From the NCBI RefSeq assembly GCF_016433145.1, contig NC_058134.1, positions 73,487,547 to 73,551,546 of the forward strand: a stretch of 64,000 nucleotides of DNA. The letters run 5' to 3'. Position 1 is the first letter of the stretch; each line of letters begins with the position of its first letter. The notes under the pieces were generated by a model. It was not told the DNA's origin and did not search any database. It saw only the letters and a program-made list of their open reading frames with translations. The position numbers and the translations under genes were made by a program. This document shows positions 13,783 to 27,131 of the stretch, one piece after another. This stretch comes from Gracilinanus agilis (Eukaryota).

Positions 13783-15274
13783 TGTTAGACACTTTGTAAT
13801 CTCACTATACTCCAGGATCCACTGATGGCAGAATCCTGTTGTCCCAAGAATTGCTCTAAGCTGCTTTCTGGTCTTGGGAGCACTGATCTTTTGTATATCT
13901 GAAATTCTCCTGTGGGTAATGTTTCTACTTTCCCCTGATAGAACAAACCCTAGATACTTGATTCTATGCAAACACCACTGTAGTTTGGCCTTGGAAATAT
14001 TATGTCTATGCTTATATAATTTGCAAAGAAGAATCTTACTGTCCCTCAGACAAACTTTTGCATTTGAGAAAGCTAGGAGAATGTCATCCACAAAAATGTA
14101 CAAGTTTGCGCTCCTTAAATATTGTTTTAAGGTCTTTTTTTTTTTAACAATGGGTAAAATATATTCGGAGATTCAGAGAAACCTTGAGGCAGTCTTCACC
14201 ACTGGAACTGAATTCCCTCCCAGGTAAAAGCAAAAATATTTTGGGAGTCTTAATGGCTAAAGATAGAGAAACAAGCTGAACATAAGTCAACCACCAATGA
14301 AATATCTGGCATGGCTTGATATTGATGATATTATTGTAGCTGGGCTTGGAACAACAGCATGGGATTTTATAATATGGTCATTTATAACTCATAAAAATCC
14401 TGGATAAAACAATAGATTGGTCTGCCATCTTGATCTAGCTTTGCTTTCTTTATAGGAAGGATTGGTGTATTGTATTCTGAAAATATTGGTACTATTATCC
14501 CTTGATTTATTAATGAGTCTATGATTGGGTGGATACCATCCATGGCTTCTTTACTTAATTTATACTGGGATATACAAGGCGGGGAACCCCTTTTTGTCTA
14601 CTCTGACCAGGGTTGCTGACTTTAATAACCATACATCACTAGAAGACTTAGCCATATACCCTCTGGAATATCTCTTGGTATTTCAAAAACAGACTTTGTT
14701 TCCTCTTCTGCCTCCACTGAATCTTAGAAAAGCAATGGAAAGACTTTCAAAGATTCCTCTGGGAGATAAAGCAAAATCTGCCCAGATGGTATACAGTGGA
14801 TTGTTGCCCTTTGCTTACAAAACCGATTTCTTCCCATTAGATAGACAAGGGACCCAAAGAGAGAATTTTTGGTTGTAAATTTGCTACTCTTTGTTGCTTT
14901 CCTGTAACATCAATCACTTCCATCAAATCAATAACCCTGCAATCCTTAGGAGGAGTTTGCAACACAGATCTGCTTGCTCCCGTGTCCACTAAAGATCATA
15001 AACGTGATTCCTACACTGTTAGAGAAATACGAGGTTCAGTACTATTCCGTGGCGAAAATGTTTCTAATGTCAGGGCTAACACATTTGGAGCTGAGAAATC
15101 AATGTCTATGCCCTGAGTGACCCAGCTAATATCTTCATTTAGTTTCACTTCATTACGATCCCAGGAATTTGATTTGCTTTCCAATGACTCATTATTTCCC
15201 TCACAGTTTCCTTCAGCTTGTTCCATATTATTATTGCTCAGTTTCACTTATATCTTTGGATTCATTGTTCCCTC
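13783..15274 (-). mobile_element. pol: Class I ERV remnant: gag end, protease, RT
   Basis: Protease LVDTGASRSVL (about 14953-14998). RT FVDDILL...KLQWCLHRIKYLGF...KQLRAILGTTGFCHQWI (13717-14103). Truncated by the L1 5' end at 13782. Confidence 0.9.
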
Positions 15275-15490
15275 TGTAAGAAGGGTGGTTTGAGATAGTT
15301 GGAGTGTGGTTTGGTAACCCGTTGGTCTGAGTAAAAAGGGCCAATTCGCCTCCACAGCCACCCCTCCTTACTAGGGATACAACTTGGGGATTCTTGACAC
15401 TTGGGGTTCCCCAATATTTTGGGGGAATAAAAAACTGGGGTTCCAGTTTTAGAAAGTTAGAGAGAGAGATGTTCTCTATTGAAGGAAACT
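15275..15490 (-). mobile_element. LTR fragment (U5 end) of the 26276-27131 family
   Basis: tgtaagaaggg...gagatagttgg...ttggtctgagtaaaaagggccaatt...ggattcttgacacttggggttccccaatat matches 26276-26485. Confidence 0.8.
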
Positions 15491-15499
15491 AGTGGGAGC

Positions 15500-17100
15500 C
15501 TGGTAAGTTAATTAACGTCTAATTATTTCTAACTTTATTAATATGTTTAGCATTTACATGGTGTGGGACTGTTCACATTCTATTCTACTTTTTCCAACTT
15601 ATGTTACAGATATTTATAAGATTTTACATTATGTATGTCCTTTTGCAATCTGCATTCCAGTGTTAACCAGATATAAGGCTTTGGCAGCTTTATATTTGGC
15701 TAAGACCTTCATGATACTTGCTAACTGTTTACATGTATGTACATATTATATGTTTATATACATTTTTATGATAGAATCTTCTGAAACTTGTTAATTTACA
15801 TAAAATGTCAGCTAGCTATTGGTTTTGTGTTGTGGTTTGTATTCTTTTTATGTACTTTGCATGCAACATACTTACCTTTACTTCTTATAAGTTGTCTTTC
15901 TTCTCATGTTGACTGCAGTTTTTTCTTTTATGAATTTGTTTAATGTGCATGAAATTTTTCCTATCATGTGAAGCTAATATGTATTTTGTGTTACCATTGC
16001 ACTAGTCTTACATATTCTGTTTCCTTCTTCTTGCAAAGTTCATGATTTTTCTCAGTTCTTTTAAAGTTCATTTTCCTTTGCACCAATCTCCTTGGTGATT
16101 TGCAGGTTTCACTGATCTTCTCTTGTTTCTTTTCCCCTTCTCTGTCAAGCTGTCACATACTTGGCTGTTGTCTTATATCTTGTCGAATGGGCTCTCAGGT
16201 CCGGATATGGAACATTGTGATTTTTATCTATTGTATTTGTCCCATAAATTTCATTTTGACATCCTCAACATCTTTTTTTTCAATTGCATCTCCTCTTCTT
16301 ACTTGTTATTGCTTTTATTCTCTATTTTACTATCCCCGTTCTCTATTTTTGTGGCCCAACTTTTTCCTATTTGCATTTTTGCTTCATTTTTGTCTTTGTA
16401 CTCCTTTTTATTGCTTTGTGTGCTAATATTGGTTCCTGGCTGCATGCATTGGCTTGAATTTCCAAAAAACGTGGCCTGACCCCTTGCAAAATACACTTTT
16501 CAATTGTCCTAATATCTGGTGTGTTACTCAAGTTCCCTGAACCTCCGCAACTGTGGTCACAACATCTGTCATTTTTCTTTGAATATGCATTATTTTGGTT
16601 GTCTTTTGAATTAGTATAAGTGTTGGTGTAATTTCTTCTTCTGTTATTATTGCTATTTGTATTATTAAAGTTAATTTGCTCTTTGTAATAGCATGGTCTC
16701 AACAAGGTGCCCCAATTTTCCACATAAAAAAATCTCCTCTTCTCTGGGGTTTGTTTTGGCTGGTATTGGGTTTTATTGATGTTGTTCCTAGCCTGTAATG
16801 TGGCTAAATTCTTGATCTCCTCTATCTCTTTTTGTTCAATTGTTGTTTTTGCTTCTTTCAATTGCTTTTTGAGATCAGCACTGGTTTTATCATTGCTTTT
16901 CTCAGTTTGTTTTCTCTGTCATTGAACCCATGTGAACCCAAATGCACATAAGTTGCTGTTTTCCTCAAATCCTCCAAAGGGAACGTCTCCCACCCAGGAG
17001 AGTGCAATTGAAAATGAGTCCTTGATTTTGCATTGATTTATGTCTTTGCTTTTCCCTATTAGAATATCTCTTGTACTGTCTTCCCATGCTTTTGTAAGTG
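15500..17100 (-). mobile_element. gag: ERV gag 3' half (CA end, CCHC knuckle, extended C-terminus) running into the 3' tail without pro/pol
   Basis: ORF 16367-16861. The knuckle CGKLGHL..RPC is recoverable with a compensated frameshift at about 16690-16735. The tail at 15500-16100 is homologous to the post-integrase tails at 35750-35930 and 60550-60750. Confidence 0.7.
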
Positions 17101-17129
17101 TAAGTATGTCTATTTGTGTATTGTTTGAT

Positions 17130-19900
17130 TTTTGTCTATTGTTTTTGTTATTTTTGTCCCATAAATTTCCTTTTTGATCTCTTTCAGATCTTTGATTAAC
17201 TGCATCTCCTAGTCTGTCTTTGCTTTCATTCTCTGTTCTACAATCCCTATTTTCTATTTTTATGTCCCAACCTTTCTCTATTTGGCTTTTTGTCCCTTTC
17301 TTGTCTTTGCACTCTTTTTCTATTTCTTGTAGTGCTAATATTGGGTCCTGGCTTCATGCATTAGCTTGGGTTCCCCAAAATCTTGGTCTCTCTCCTTGTG
17401 AAATATGCCTTTCCATTGTCTGAATATCAGTTTTGTTATTTTTTCTTGAAACCTTGTGATCATGTTTACAGCATTTGTCATTTTTCTTTGAGTATGCATT
17501 ATTTTGGTTGTATTTTGAGTTAGTGTATGTATTTGTATAATTTCTTCTATTGTTATTACTATTGGTGGTAAAATTAATTTGTTGCTTGTAATAAGAATTT
17601 CTTACAAGATGTTATGATGGTATTGGGAACTGTTATGATAGTGGGTTAGTATAGACCCTCTTGCTGCTAAGGAATATAATTGCCAATATTTGAAGACGAG
17701 TGGTCTATAAATCTACCTGAAGTTGAAATAGCTGCCCTGATAGTGAAACTGGAATCAGTTGTTGCTTCTGTTAGTTTCCAGCTGGCAGTGGAACTTTGAG
17801 GTATTATCAGACTTAGCAACCAAGAATAGTTTGAACCAGGAAGGCCTGCCTGATGTGGACACAGACCAGTCCTTCTTGAGATCTAATCCTATTAAGCCAA
17901 GCCCTAGGTTGAATTAAGATGCTCAGCCAATTAAACTTGATGACAATGTTCTGACTGCAATAAGAAGTATTGGGAATATCTTCTCAAAGGTAGGCTGTAA
18001 ATTGATGACACTGTTATGATGGTTGTAACAAGTATTTAATTAATAACTAAGGAAAGGTAAAGGAAATGGGAGAGTGGGAAAGGTAACCCTGTAGATCAAA
18101 GCTAAGGATAGCTAAGGCTATGCATAAAATGACCTAGGTGCTAGAACTTGAAGACCTTGAGGGTCTTTCCAAATGCAGAGTAGCATCAGGAAATACAGGG
18201 ATTATAGGTAGATAAATATTTCAATCTAACAGAAGATGTTGTCAGAAGATGGTCAATAAATTGAATTGACAGTGTATAATCCTACCTGCCTATTGAAACT
18301 AACCACCTCCCTGAGCCCTCTCACTTTCCTCCCACCTCCCTGGAAAGGCTGAGAAGAAGTGACCCCAAGGGGGTTTGTGCTCCTCAATTTATACTCTTAA
18401 CTACCAGATTGGCACATGCCTAGGGCTGTCTTGCCAGGTTCTATATTCTAAAGGGGCAAACTGCTCTTTCGCACCTGCAAAAATAGCTGACCATTTTCTA
18501 TACATTACAAAGATGACCTAGTTTCCCACATAGAAAACATTTTCATGTATCAGTATTTTGTCTTGGCTGTTACTGGATCCTAGTGATATTTCTGGCCTGC
18601 AATGTTGTTAAGTTTTTGATTTCTTTTATTTCCTTCTGTTTGATTGTTGACTTTGCTTCCTTTAATTGTCTTTTTAGATCACTAGTTTTCATTTCTTTAA
18701 TAATCTTCATTTCATTCACTAGTTTCATTCTTGGTCTTCTCAGTTTGCTTATTTTTTTCTATTATCCTCTGTGACCCAGAATGAATGTAAGTAGCCGTTT
18801 TTCTCAGATCCTCTAGGGGTAGCTCCTCCCACCCAGGACAGTGCAGTTGGAAATAGGATCTTATGGGTAAGCTGCTTTCTTTGACATATTGCCTGCAGAA
18901 GTGCTACAGATTTGTCTTTCCAGGTCCTTGAACCCCAAAATTAATTCTTTTGCTTCGAGTACCCTATCTAGAAAGGTACTAAGATGTTCCCCTATCTTTT
19001 GCTTTAGAGCCTCAAACTGACCCCAGGTATTTGACCTTTTTGCAAAGTTGGACATCGCTTTGGTCAAATCCTCCCTACAATGTTTCAAAAAATGCATGGT
19101 TTAGGAGATTAGATAATTCAAGTTCTGAGTAAGCTTCAGGCCATGATATAAGATTATTATTAGTCCTTGTTTCATGAATAAATTGTTGTGCTTGAGAAGG
19201 GGCAAATAATTCTTCAAAAAGAATTTCTATGTCCCAGTAAGACGGATCATAAAGGCTAAGGGCCCTTTTCTATTCTTTTAGGTACTTTTGGGGGGATTCG
19301 TTCCAGTCTGGCATTCTCTTTTTTAAGCTTTCTAGGTCACTGCTTGAGAAAGGTCTGTGGGTTTTTAAATGTACTATTCTCCTGTCTGCCTGAAGGATGG
19401 ACTTGTCTACTAGAGGGAGTATAGGAAATGATGCTTCTGCTCTTTGTACTGTGTTGTTACTATTGCTTTCAGTTCCTTGTTTGTCAATTTCTTTTTTTCT
19501 AATAGTTGCATTATGTTCTCTTGCTCTTTAGCTTTTTCCCCAAAATTTGCCATCTCATTTTGTTTCTTTGCGAACTCAAGTTTCAAAGTTGCCAAGGTCA
19601 CTTTCTCTTCTGGTTTATGTCCCAGTATCTGTCCCACCAGCTTCTTTAATGCCCAGTAGAATTGGAGAAAGGATACTAAAACAGCCATGCATGTTGGAGC
19701 AAATGCAAATAGCTTCTCCAATTCCAATTTCATCCAACTATATGTATCAATTAAATGAATTAGTTGTAATATATATTAGGAATCATTTCAACCCACAGCC
19801 CATAAATCATAGTCCAGAAAGAGTAAAACATCAGAGAACTGCTCACTAAAACAAACAATGATCTTCCTAAAGCCCATTCCATTTTGACAGCTTGTATCTT
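17130..19900 (-). mobile_element. gag: ERV leader and gag, split by a solo LTR
   Basis: CA/MHR-like WGQFEALKQKIGEHLSTFLDRVLEA (18861-19097). Removing the LTR at 17610-18509 restores KCFLCGKLGHLVRNSYYK. Paralogous to 16230-17100 and 25080-25950. Confidence 0.8.
17610..18509. mobile_element. Solo (possibly compound) LTR with 4-bp TSD
   Basis: Termini tgttatg...attaca. TSD aaga at 17606-17609 and 18510-18513. The terminal tgttatgatgg is repeated internally at 18012. Confidence 0.85.
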
Positions 19901-20039
19901 TCTCCTTTAATCTATTTCTAACACTGGTTTTTATAAGAAGTTTGTCCCTATGGAGCCTCTGTAGTTAGGGATGGAGCTATTCCAATATGGCTAGCATCTG
20001 ACTTGTTGGGATTATAAACATAGGCTGCTCTCTGTTTAG

Positions 20040-20830
20040 CAGCTGGACAGCGTTATCTCTCTGGGGAGGGTCAGAAGGCAGTCACTGATAGAATTCTTGA
20101 ATGAAAATAGGCCAAGACCACTGTTTCCTTGATGATATATAGCTCTCTATCTTCTTGATGTAATATTGGTTATGCTGACCTGACTGTGAATAGTACTGAT
20201 GATCTTGGATTGATTAGAAATTAATTACAGGCAAGAGTTGGTGATTAGCCTGTACAATCCTCCCTAGCCAAGGAATTAATCCCAACTGTCAGGTTTGACA
20301 GTGAAAAGATTCTTGAAGTTGATGGACTAGGCCAGTAAGCAGATCTCAGCAACAGGTAAATAATTAATAGGTACAAGAATATCTTGATGGTATGGGGATT
20401 AAGGAAAAATGGGTGAGGATAGAGGTTTTAAGAGGTTAAACTAAAACTAATATCTAGTTGATAAATAGCCAGGCAAATCCCCTTGGGGAAAAGCCTGGGA
20501 CGGAATTCTGCCACTCTGGCTGGCTTGGCAACTTAGGCCTAATTCAGCGGTTAGATGTTAAAGCTTAATTTGGCTGGTTATAAAAAGCTGTTAATCTTTC
20601 ACCCTTTACCACCCACCTAACTCACAACTGAGTCAGTTTGCTTGTGGGCAACCTCCTATTTATAAGGGTGCTCCAACAGTCTTTCACTATCTCATGTCTG
20701 CTCTGGGAATTCCAAAATCTGAATCCCCATCTTGCAACCGTTTGCACAAGATGGCCACTTGCAAAGCTATTTACAATATGCCGGTTTTCTATTCGGCCAG
20801 AATTTTATCCTAATAATTCTGCATAAATCT
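20040..20830. mobile_element. LTR-like tract
   Basis: Non-coding LTR-style sequence between an ERV leader and an ERV tail; termini not confirmed. Confidence 0.4.
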
Positions 20831-23800
20831 TATTTCTAATGTTCTGCACTATTCTCTTCTAGATAATCCTATTCCCTCTTATGCCTTTCAACTCCAAAAT
20901 AACAAATCATCTTCTTATGCTATTCCTTAGCTAATTCTACCTTACCTACAACTTAAGACAGGGTTTAGGAAAGTAATTTCTTGGAAAGTTGGGGTTTCTC
21001 ATGGATGATACATGCATAACAACAATAAAGCAAAATCTGAACATAACATGTAACAAATAACATTCAAACAAACAAGATGCATTGCAACTTTACAAATGTT
21101 GCAATAAACTTATGGCTTAACTTACTGCTTAGCACTTATATGAAACAAAACACAGTATATAGTATCTTTACTTTCAATACTAACAGTATAAATCTAAACT
21201 ATTTTATCACTTCAACAAAGAAATCAATTAATCTTGTGTTAGTACATGTGTTAATATCACTTACTCAAGCTGTGTTAATTTTTTTAGTTCCTTAAATCCT
21301 GTTTAGTAACCTTAAGAATAAACTCAAAGTCATTATAAATAAAATGGTTAGTAATGTCTATTTACATTTCTATCTGATTATACTTATAGCTAATTTTACT
21401 GTCCCTAATTTAACTCTGTACATCAATTCCCTATCTGTCTTCCCCTAAAATTGTTAGTACAGTAAATATCTACAAGGGTCAGTGAGATATAATGCAAATA
21501 TACATATGTACAATGTATATGTATCAAACTTTTTACAAATGAGAGTAACAGAAGCACTGTTAACCACAGCAAGGAATTAATACATCCCTTGCTTTGGCTA
21601 AGTGTACTTAAAACTCACAAATATATGCAATATTTACATATATGTACTTGTGATGTGGAGATGTGAAGATACATAAGACCATCTTATGTTGGGTATTTTG
21701 ACCTACAGTGTTCTGTGACATGTGTATAATCACCTTCTGCTAGTAGGATTCTCTGTCAATTCTGTGAAAACAGAATTCTTCTTTCAGGCATCTATGTACT
21801 GTTGCATGCATTCTACTATGTGGCATGTGATGTGTCCATGATGTGATTGTGTTGTTAATGTGAAAACCTTACATTATCCAATACCTTAGTCTTCTCCTTG
21901 TCATGGTGCTACCCAGTTCACCGATTTATTCAAAGGTCTTTCTTGTCCTGCTGTTTTTGTTGAAAAATCCTGTGGTATATTTATGTTCCAGTCTTCTTTT
22001 CTTCCTCTGTTTCAGGATACACATGTTGTCTGCAGACAAACATTTGACTGTAGGATAACTTGTCACCTTTGTATTCTGGAACTGTTGTGATTGTGGTTGT
22101 GAAAGTTGTGAGTGTGTTAATTGTGTAAAAAAATTTCGTGTGTTCTAATAATTTTGATTTTTACTTTAGATGAATTCTTTTGGTTCAGTTTTCATCAAGG
22201 TCATCGTTATCTCTAGACTGTTGTTTATTTAAATCAGTTGTTATTATTCCTGAGTCTTCATCATGAGCCATTTCTTCTTCTGCTGATTTCACATGGGGGA
22301 TATGAAACCAGGGATCTCTATCTTTTGCTTTGATACTTGTAGGAGTAGTGAGCAATATTTCATAAGGTTCTGTCCATTTTGGATCAACAATGGACTTTCA
22401 AGTGAAATTTCTAATATACACCTTATCTCCTGGTTTGAATTGGTGCAAGCTAAAGTCGAGAGAAACTCTTTGATTCGATAAGCACAATCTATGTAATTCA
22501 CCTAGCCTCTTTTTTAATGTGTTTATGTATTCAAATAGCTTGCACTCAGCTCTTAGATGTAACAAGTGAGCTGTTTTTTGAGGTGCACTTCCATGCCATG
22601 GGGAATGACCATACAAGTGTTCAAATGGTGATAGATGAGTGTCACCATTAGGCTCGCTTCAGAGATGTAATAAAGCAATTGGGAGAACTTCCACCCATTT
22701 GAGATGACTTTCTGAGCAGTTTCCCATTTGGCTATTGAATCTCTCAACTTGCCCTGATGACTGGGGGTGATAGACTGAATGTAGAAGTCCTTTTATTCCA
22801 AGGGTCTTATAAATATTTTGCAAAATTTTGTTGGAAAAGTGAGAAACATGGTTGGAGTCAATACTATCAGGGATTGAAAAATGAGGGACTATTTCTCTTA
22901 GAAATATTTTGACTACAGATGCTACATTGTACCTTCTTGCTGGGAAGACTTATGGCCATTTAATCAGATGGTCAGTGATGACTAATGCATATTTGTATCC
23001 CTGATGTTTAGGCATGGAGAGGTAATCAATTTGGAGACATTCAAATGGGGTACAGGCTAGTTGTCTTCCACCTAGACTTTTAACTCTAGTTATCCCCTGA
23101 TTGAACTGTAAGCAAATCTTACACTTCTGTCACATTCTAATGGCATAGATTGAAATGCCTTTTGCTATCCAGTGTCACTTTATGGAATCTAATAAGGCAT
23201 GAGTTCCATAATGCCCTTTCTCATGTAATAAATTACATAGGGTGTAATACAATGCTTTTGAAAAATGGGTTTGCCATACAGAGCCAGATGCCATTGACTT
23301 GTTTGGCTCCTAGATTTTTCTTCCAGTCCTCCGCTTCTCTTGGGGTATAATCTTGTTGTAAATCTGCTTCTTCATCCAAAGAGAAGCTTAGAACACAGGG
23401 AGGTCCAAACCTAGCAATATTTGGCCATGATATCAGCCCTATAATTTCCCAGAGTCGCTGTATCTGTTTTCTTTTGATGACTCTGGCAATTCTCTAGGCA
23501 ACTGGACAGCTTCTAGGAGTTGGTTTATTAATTTCCCATAAGCATTTTCCTTTCCACCAGAGGTAATAAATCCTCTATGTTTCCAAATCTGAGCTGTACA
23601 GTGTACCACTCCAAAAGCGTATTTTGAATCTCTGTAAACATCAATATGTTTGTCTTTTCCAATATGGAGTGTTTTTGTCAGGCTTAAAATTTCTGATCCT
23701 TGAGTGTTGAAAGTTTTATGTAGGGCTGCATACCATAAAGTACTGTCTTGGGTCACTACAGCTGCACCCATGCATCTTTCCCCATCTACCATAGAGGAGG

Positions 23801-26272
23801 AATCATTGGTGACAAAGTCACATTGGCATTGATAAAGGAATATCAGTTAAATCCTCCCTGGTCTTCTGCACTATCTGCAGGGTGTCACTGCAGTTATGGA
23901 CACTTTCTTCCTCTAATGGCAGATTAGGAATCAGAGTGGCTGGGTTAATGTCTTTGCAACGATGAAATGACAAATTTTCATTACCCAAAAACACAGCTTT
24001 GTATTGGGATAAGAACTGAGATGTAAAAACTTTCACGATATTATTCCTGAGAGTGGTCTCAATCTGGTGTGGGGAATATAACATTACCCTGCATCCCAAT
24101 ACAAGATATGATGATTTCCTTATCATCAGTGCAGCTGCAGCAATTACTCTGGGGCAAGCTGGCATGCCTCAAAACATGGGATCCAAGAGCAAGCTGTAAT
24201 AAGCTATAGGTCTTAATTTATCTTCCAGAGTCTGCATTAACACACTAGAAGCAATTCCCTTGTCTTAATGCACAAACAGATGGAAAGGTTTAGCATGGTT
24301 GGGAATCCCAAGAGCTGGAGCTGTTAGAATAGCAGCTTTGATCTTCTCGATGGCATGCTTGTGCTCCCTTGTAAGCTTCAGAGGTTCTGAGAGTATTCCT
24401 CATCAAATCTGTCAAAGGCTTAGAAATTAGACTAAAGCCTGGAATTCACTGTCTGCAGTAACTTGTGATTCCTAGGATTGTAGTTGTTTCTTGATCCTAG
24501 CCATGCTCAACTTCTGTATGTCTGCAACTCTTCTGGGAGATTCTTCTTATGCCCTTTTCTAGTATGAACCCAAGATATTCCACTTTAGACATTATCCATT
24601 GCAACTTAGATCTGTAAACTTTATGTCCTCTCTTGCATAGCTCTTTCAGCAAGTGTGTACCGTCTCTCTGGCAGATACAGGCGGATGGTGACCTAAGTAG
24701 AAGGTCGTCCACATAATATACTAGCTTACTGTCAGTGAAAGTGATTGATTCAAGGTGTCTCTGCAAAATTTGGCCAAAGATATTTGCCCTTTCTGAGAAT
24801 CCCTGTGGAATTTGCATCTAACAGATCTGTTTGTTTTCCCAGGTGAAGCCAAATATCTTTTGGCTAGATTCATCTAATGGGACTCTGAGCACAGCAGAGG
24901 TCAATGACAGTAAGCCACCCGGCGGTACTGGGAATCTCAGCTATGATGTTGGCTGGACTAGGTACCACTGCATGACCTTTCTTAACAAAGTTGTTGACAG
25001 CACTTAAATCCTGCACTAGTCTCCATTGTGTGCTGCCATTTGGTTAACCTTTTTCCAAATCTTACCTATTCTGTTACACTACCTTCAGATATGCTGTATA
25101 TTTGTCTCGGCCAAGTCCTGGAACCCCAAAATTAATTCTCCTGCTTCAACTACCCTATCAAGGAAAGTACTAGGACACTCCCCAGTCTTTTATTTCAATG
25201 CTTCAAACTGTCCCCATGCAGTTGGTCTTTTTGCAAATAGTGACATTGCCTCTATCATATCTTCTCTGCTTTTTAGAAAAGCATGATTCAGTGGATTTGA
25301 AAGTTCAAGGTCAGAGTAAGCCTCCTGCTATGATGTTAATCTGTTGTTATCTTTTGTTTCCTGTATAAACTGTCTGACCTGAGAGGGTGCAAATAATTCT
25401 TCTAGAAGAATTAAAGTGTCCCAATACAATGGGTCATTAAGTCTGACAGCCCTTTAAAATTCTTTTATACATTTTTGAGGTGATTCATTCCAGTCAGCCA
25501 TGTGATTTTTTTTAGGCTTTTGAGGTCACTGGTAGAAAGCATCTGTGGGATTTCAAATGGACTATTCCCTGACCTGCTTGCAAAATAGATTTGTCTTGTA
25601 AGGGTAGTATTGGCACTGGTGCTTCTGCTCCTGTGTTATATCTTTAACTTTGGCCCCCTGCTTGCTGTCACTCTCAGTGTCCCTAGTTACATTATGTGTT
25701 CTGCCTCTTGAGCTTTTCCCCAGCCTAAGTATTTTGCTATCTTTGCATCTATCATTTTGTCTAATTCCTCTTTCGATGTATCTAGTGTCAGTTGTTATTC
25801 TGCCTTGTACCCCACAATTTGTCTAATCAATTTTTTCAGAGTCCAGTAAAACTGGAGAAAGGATTCTAAGGCTGCCATTATATTTGGAATAAACACAAAA
25901 CCTTTTTTCTATTTCTTTTTTATTCATTGATAGGAATCAATCAAATGTATTAGTTGTAGTAAATAATGTGGTATGGTTTGCATCTATAACTGGTATAACA
26001 TGTTCCAGAATGAGTAGATCAATACAGAACTGCTAATTAATATGAATAATGTTCTTCCAATAGCCCATTCCATGTTTTTAAATGTTTTGCTTTTTCCTTT
26101 TTTTAAACTATTTTAACTATTTCTCTGCCTTCTGCAAAGAGGTTTGTTCTAATGGAGCCTCTCTATTTAGCCCCACCCAATATGGGTGCCATCTATCTGT
26201 TACTCAGGTTTTTCTTTATTATTTGTACTTTTGTAGATTCTAGATTCTGGGTCTTGGGTTTAGGCTCGCCAC
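20830..26272 (-). mobile_element. pol: Class I ERV internal region: leader, gag (to MHR), deletion, RT, RNase H, integrase, env-less tail
   Basis: RT WRLVQDLSAVN (about 24990-25040), PQGF...YVDDLLL...KLQW...YLGF (24497-24817). RNase H DSKYAFGVVH (23439-23792). Integrase and GDKVYIRNF (22398-22616). gag joins RT directly at about 25080. Confidence 0.9.
26263..26271 (-). promoter_or_regulatory. Putative primer-binding site, tRNA-Arg-like (TGGCGAGCC)
   Basis: Lies 4 nt inside the LTR end at 26276 and matches the first 9 nt of the Arg PBS TGGCGAGCCAGCCAGG. The remainder diverges. Confidence 0.55.
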
Positions 26273-26275
26273 TAA

Positions 26276-27131
26276 TGTAAGAAGGGGGGTTTGAGATAGT
26301 TGGAATGTGGTTTTGGTAACTCCTTGGTCTGAGTAAAAAGGGCCAATTCTCCCCAGCCTCTCCTTACTAGGGATACAACTTGGGGATTCTTGACACTTGG
26401 GGTTCCCCAATATGGTTGTGCAGGGTTTAGAAAGTTAGAGGGACATGTTCTCTATTGAAGGAAACTAGTGTGAGCCCGATAAGTTGTTTTGTGCCGAGCT
26501 ACACCCACAAAGCCTCCCCAATCCCCAAAGCTAGATCTGATTTAAAATGGAGATCTGCATTCCTTCCTTCTCCAACCCACAAGTTCTCTCTCCCTCCCAA
26601 CTCCGTTACATAGATCTGACTGGAACAAAACTAAAAAGGATTTTATTTCAGAAACGACTAATGAGGAATAAATGAAGAGGGTGTCAGGGAAAAGGGATGC
26701 AGGGGGGTCCCTAAATTCCCCTCCCAAATAAGTGCTCTTAAGAATATAATTATGGCTAACTATAGAGGAAGTATGGTAAGGCGTTTAAGGCAATTTTGTG
26801 GGCACCCAGGAGCCAGCTCACCCACTGAAGTCCATACCCCTTGGCCAAACTGTAGAACTTTGTTAATATATCTTCCAAGATGGTCAGGAACTGATTGAGA
26901 ATCAATTTGAAGTGTTGTAATTGATAAACATCTTTGGAAACTCTTCAGATTTCCTTTTGAAGGTACTGCAGCCCCAAAATTCAACCTTCCTTCTTGCTGC
27001 CCCTCCAAAGCTAGAGAGATATCCATTGTTGACTTCCCACAAGTCTTTGCACTGATGCCAACTGTCATTCTCTCCCTCCTCAAAGTTCCATCAGTGAATT
27101 CCAACAAGTAGGCTTGCTCCAAACTCTTACA
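26276..27131 (-). mobile_element. LTR (probable 5' LTR of the 20830-26272 provirus)
   Basis: TG...CA termini (tgtaag/cttaca). Minus-strand AATAAA at about 26640-26650 downstream of a TATA-like box. PBS-like sequence adjacent; paralog of the solo LTR 59463-60382. Confidence 0.8.

Noticed and set aside
26170-26191. A second, Lys1,2-like PBS (tggcacccatattggg)
   Set aside because: Not adjacent to an LTR end, and similar sequence occurs in the paralogous leader at about 19975-20000, so it is leader sequence.
15275-27131. 15275-15490 as the 3' LTR partner of 26276-27131
   Set aside because: Outer flanks cctc and ccat do not form a TSD, and unrelated gag elements lie between them.
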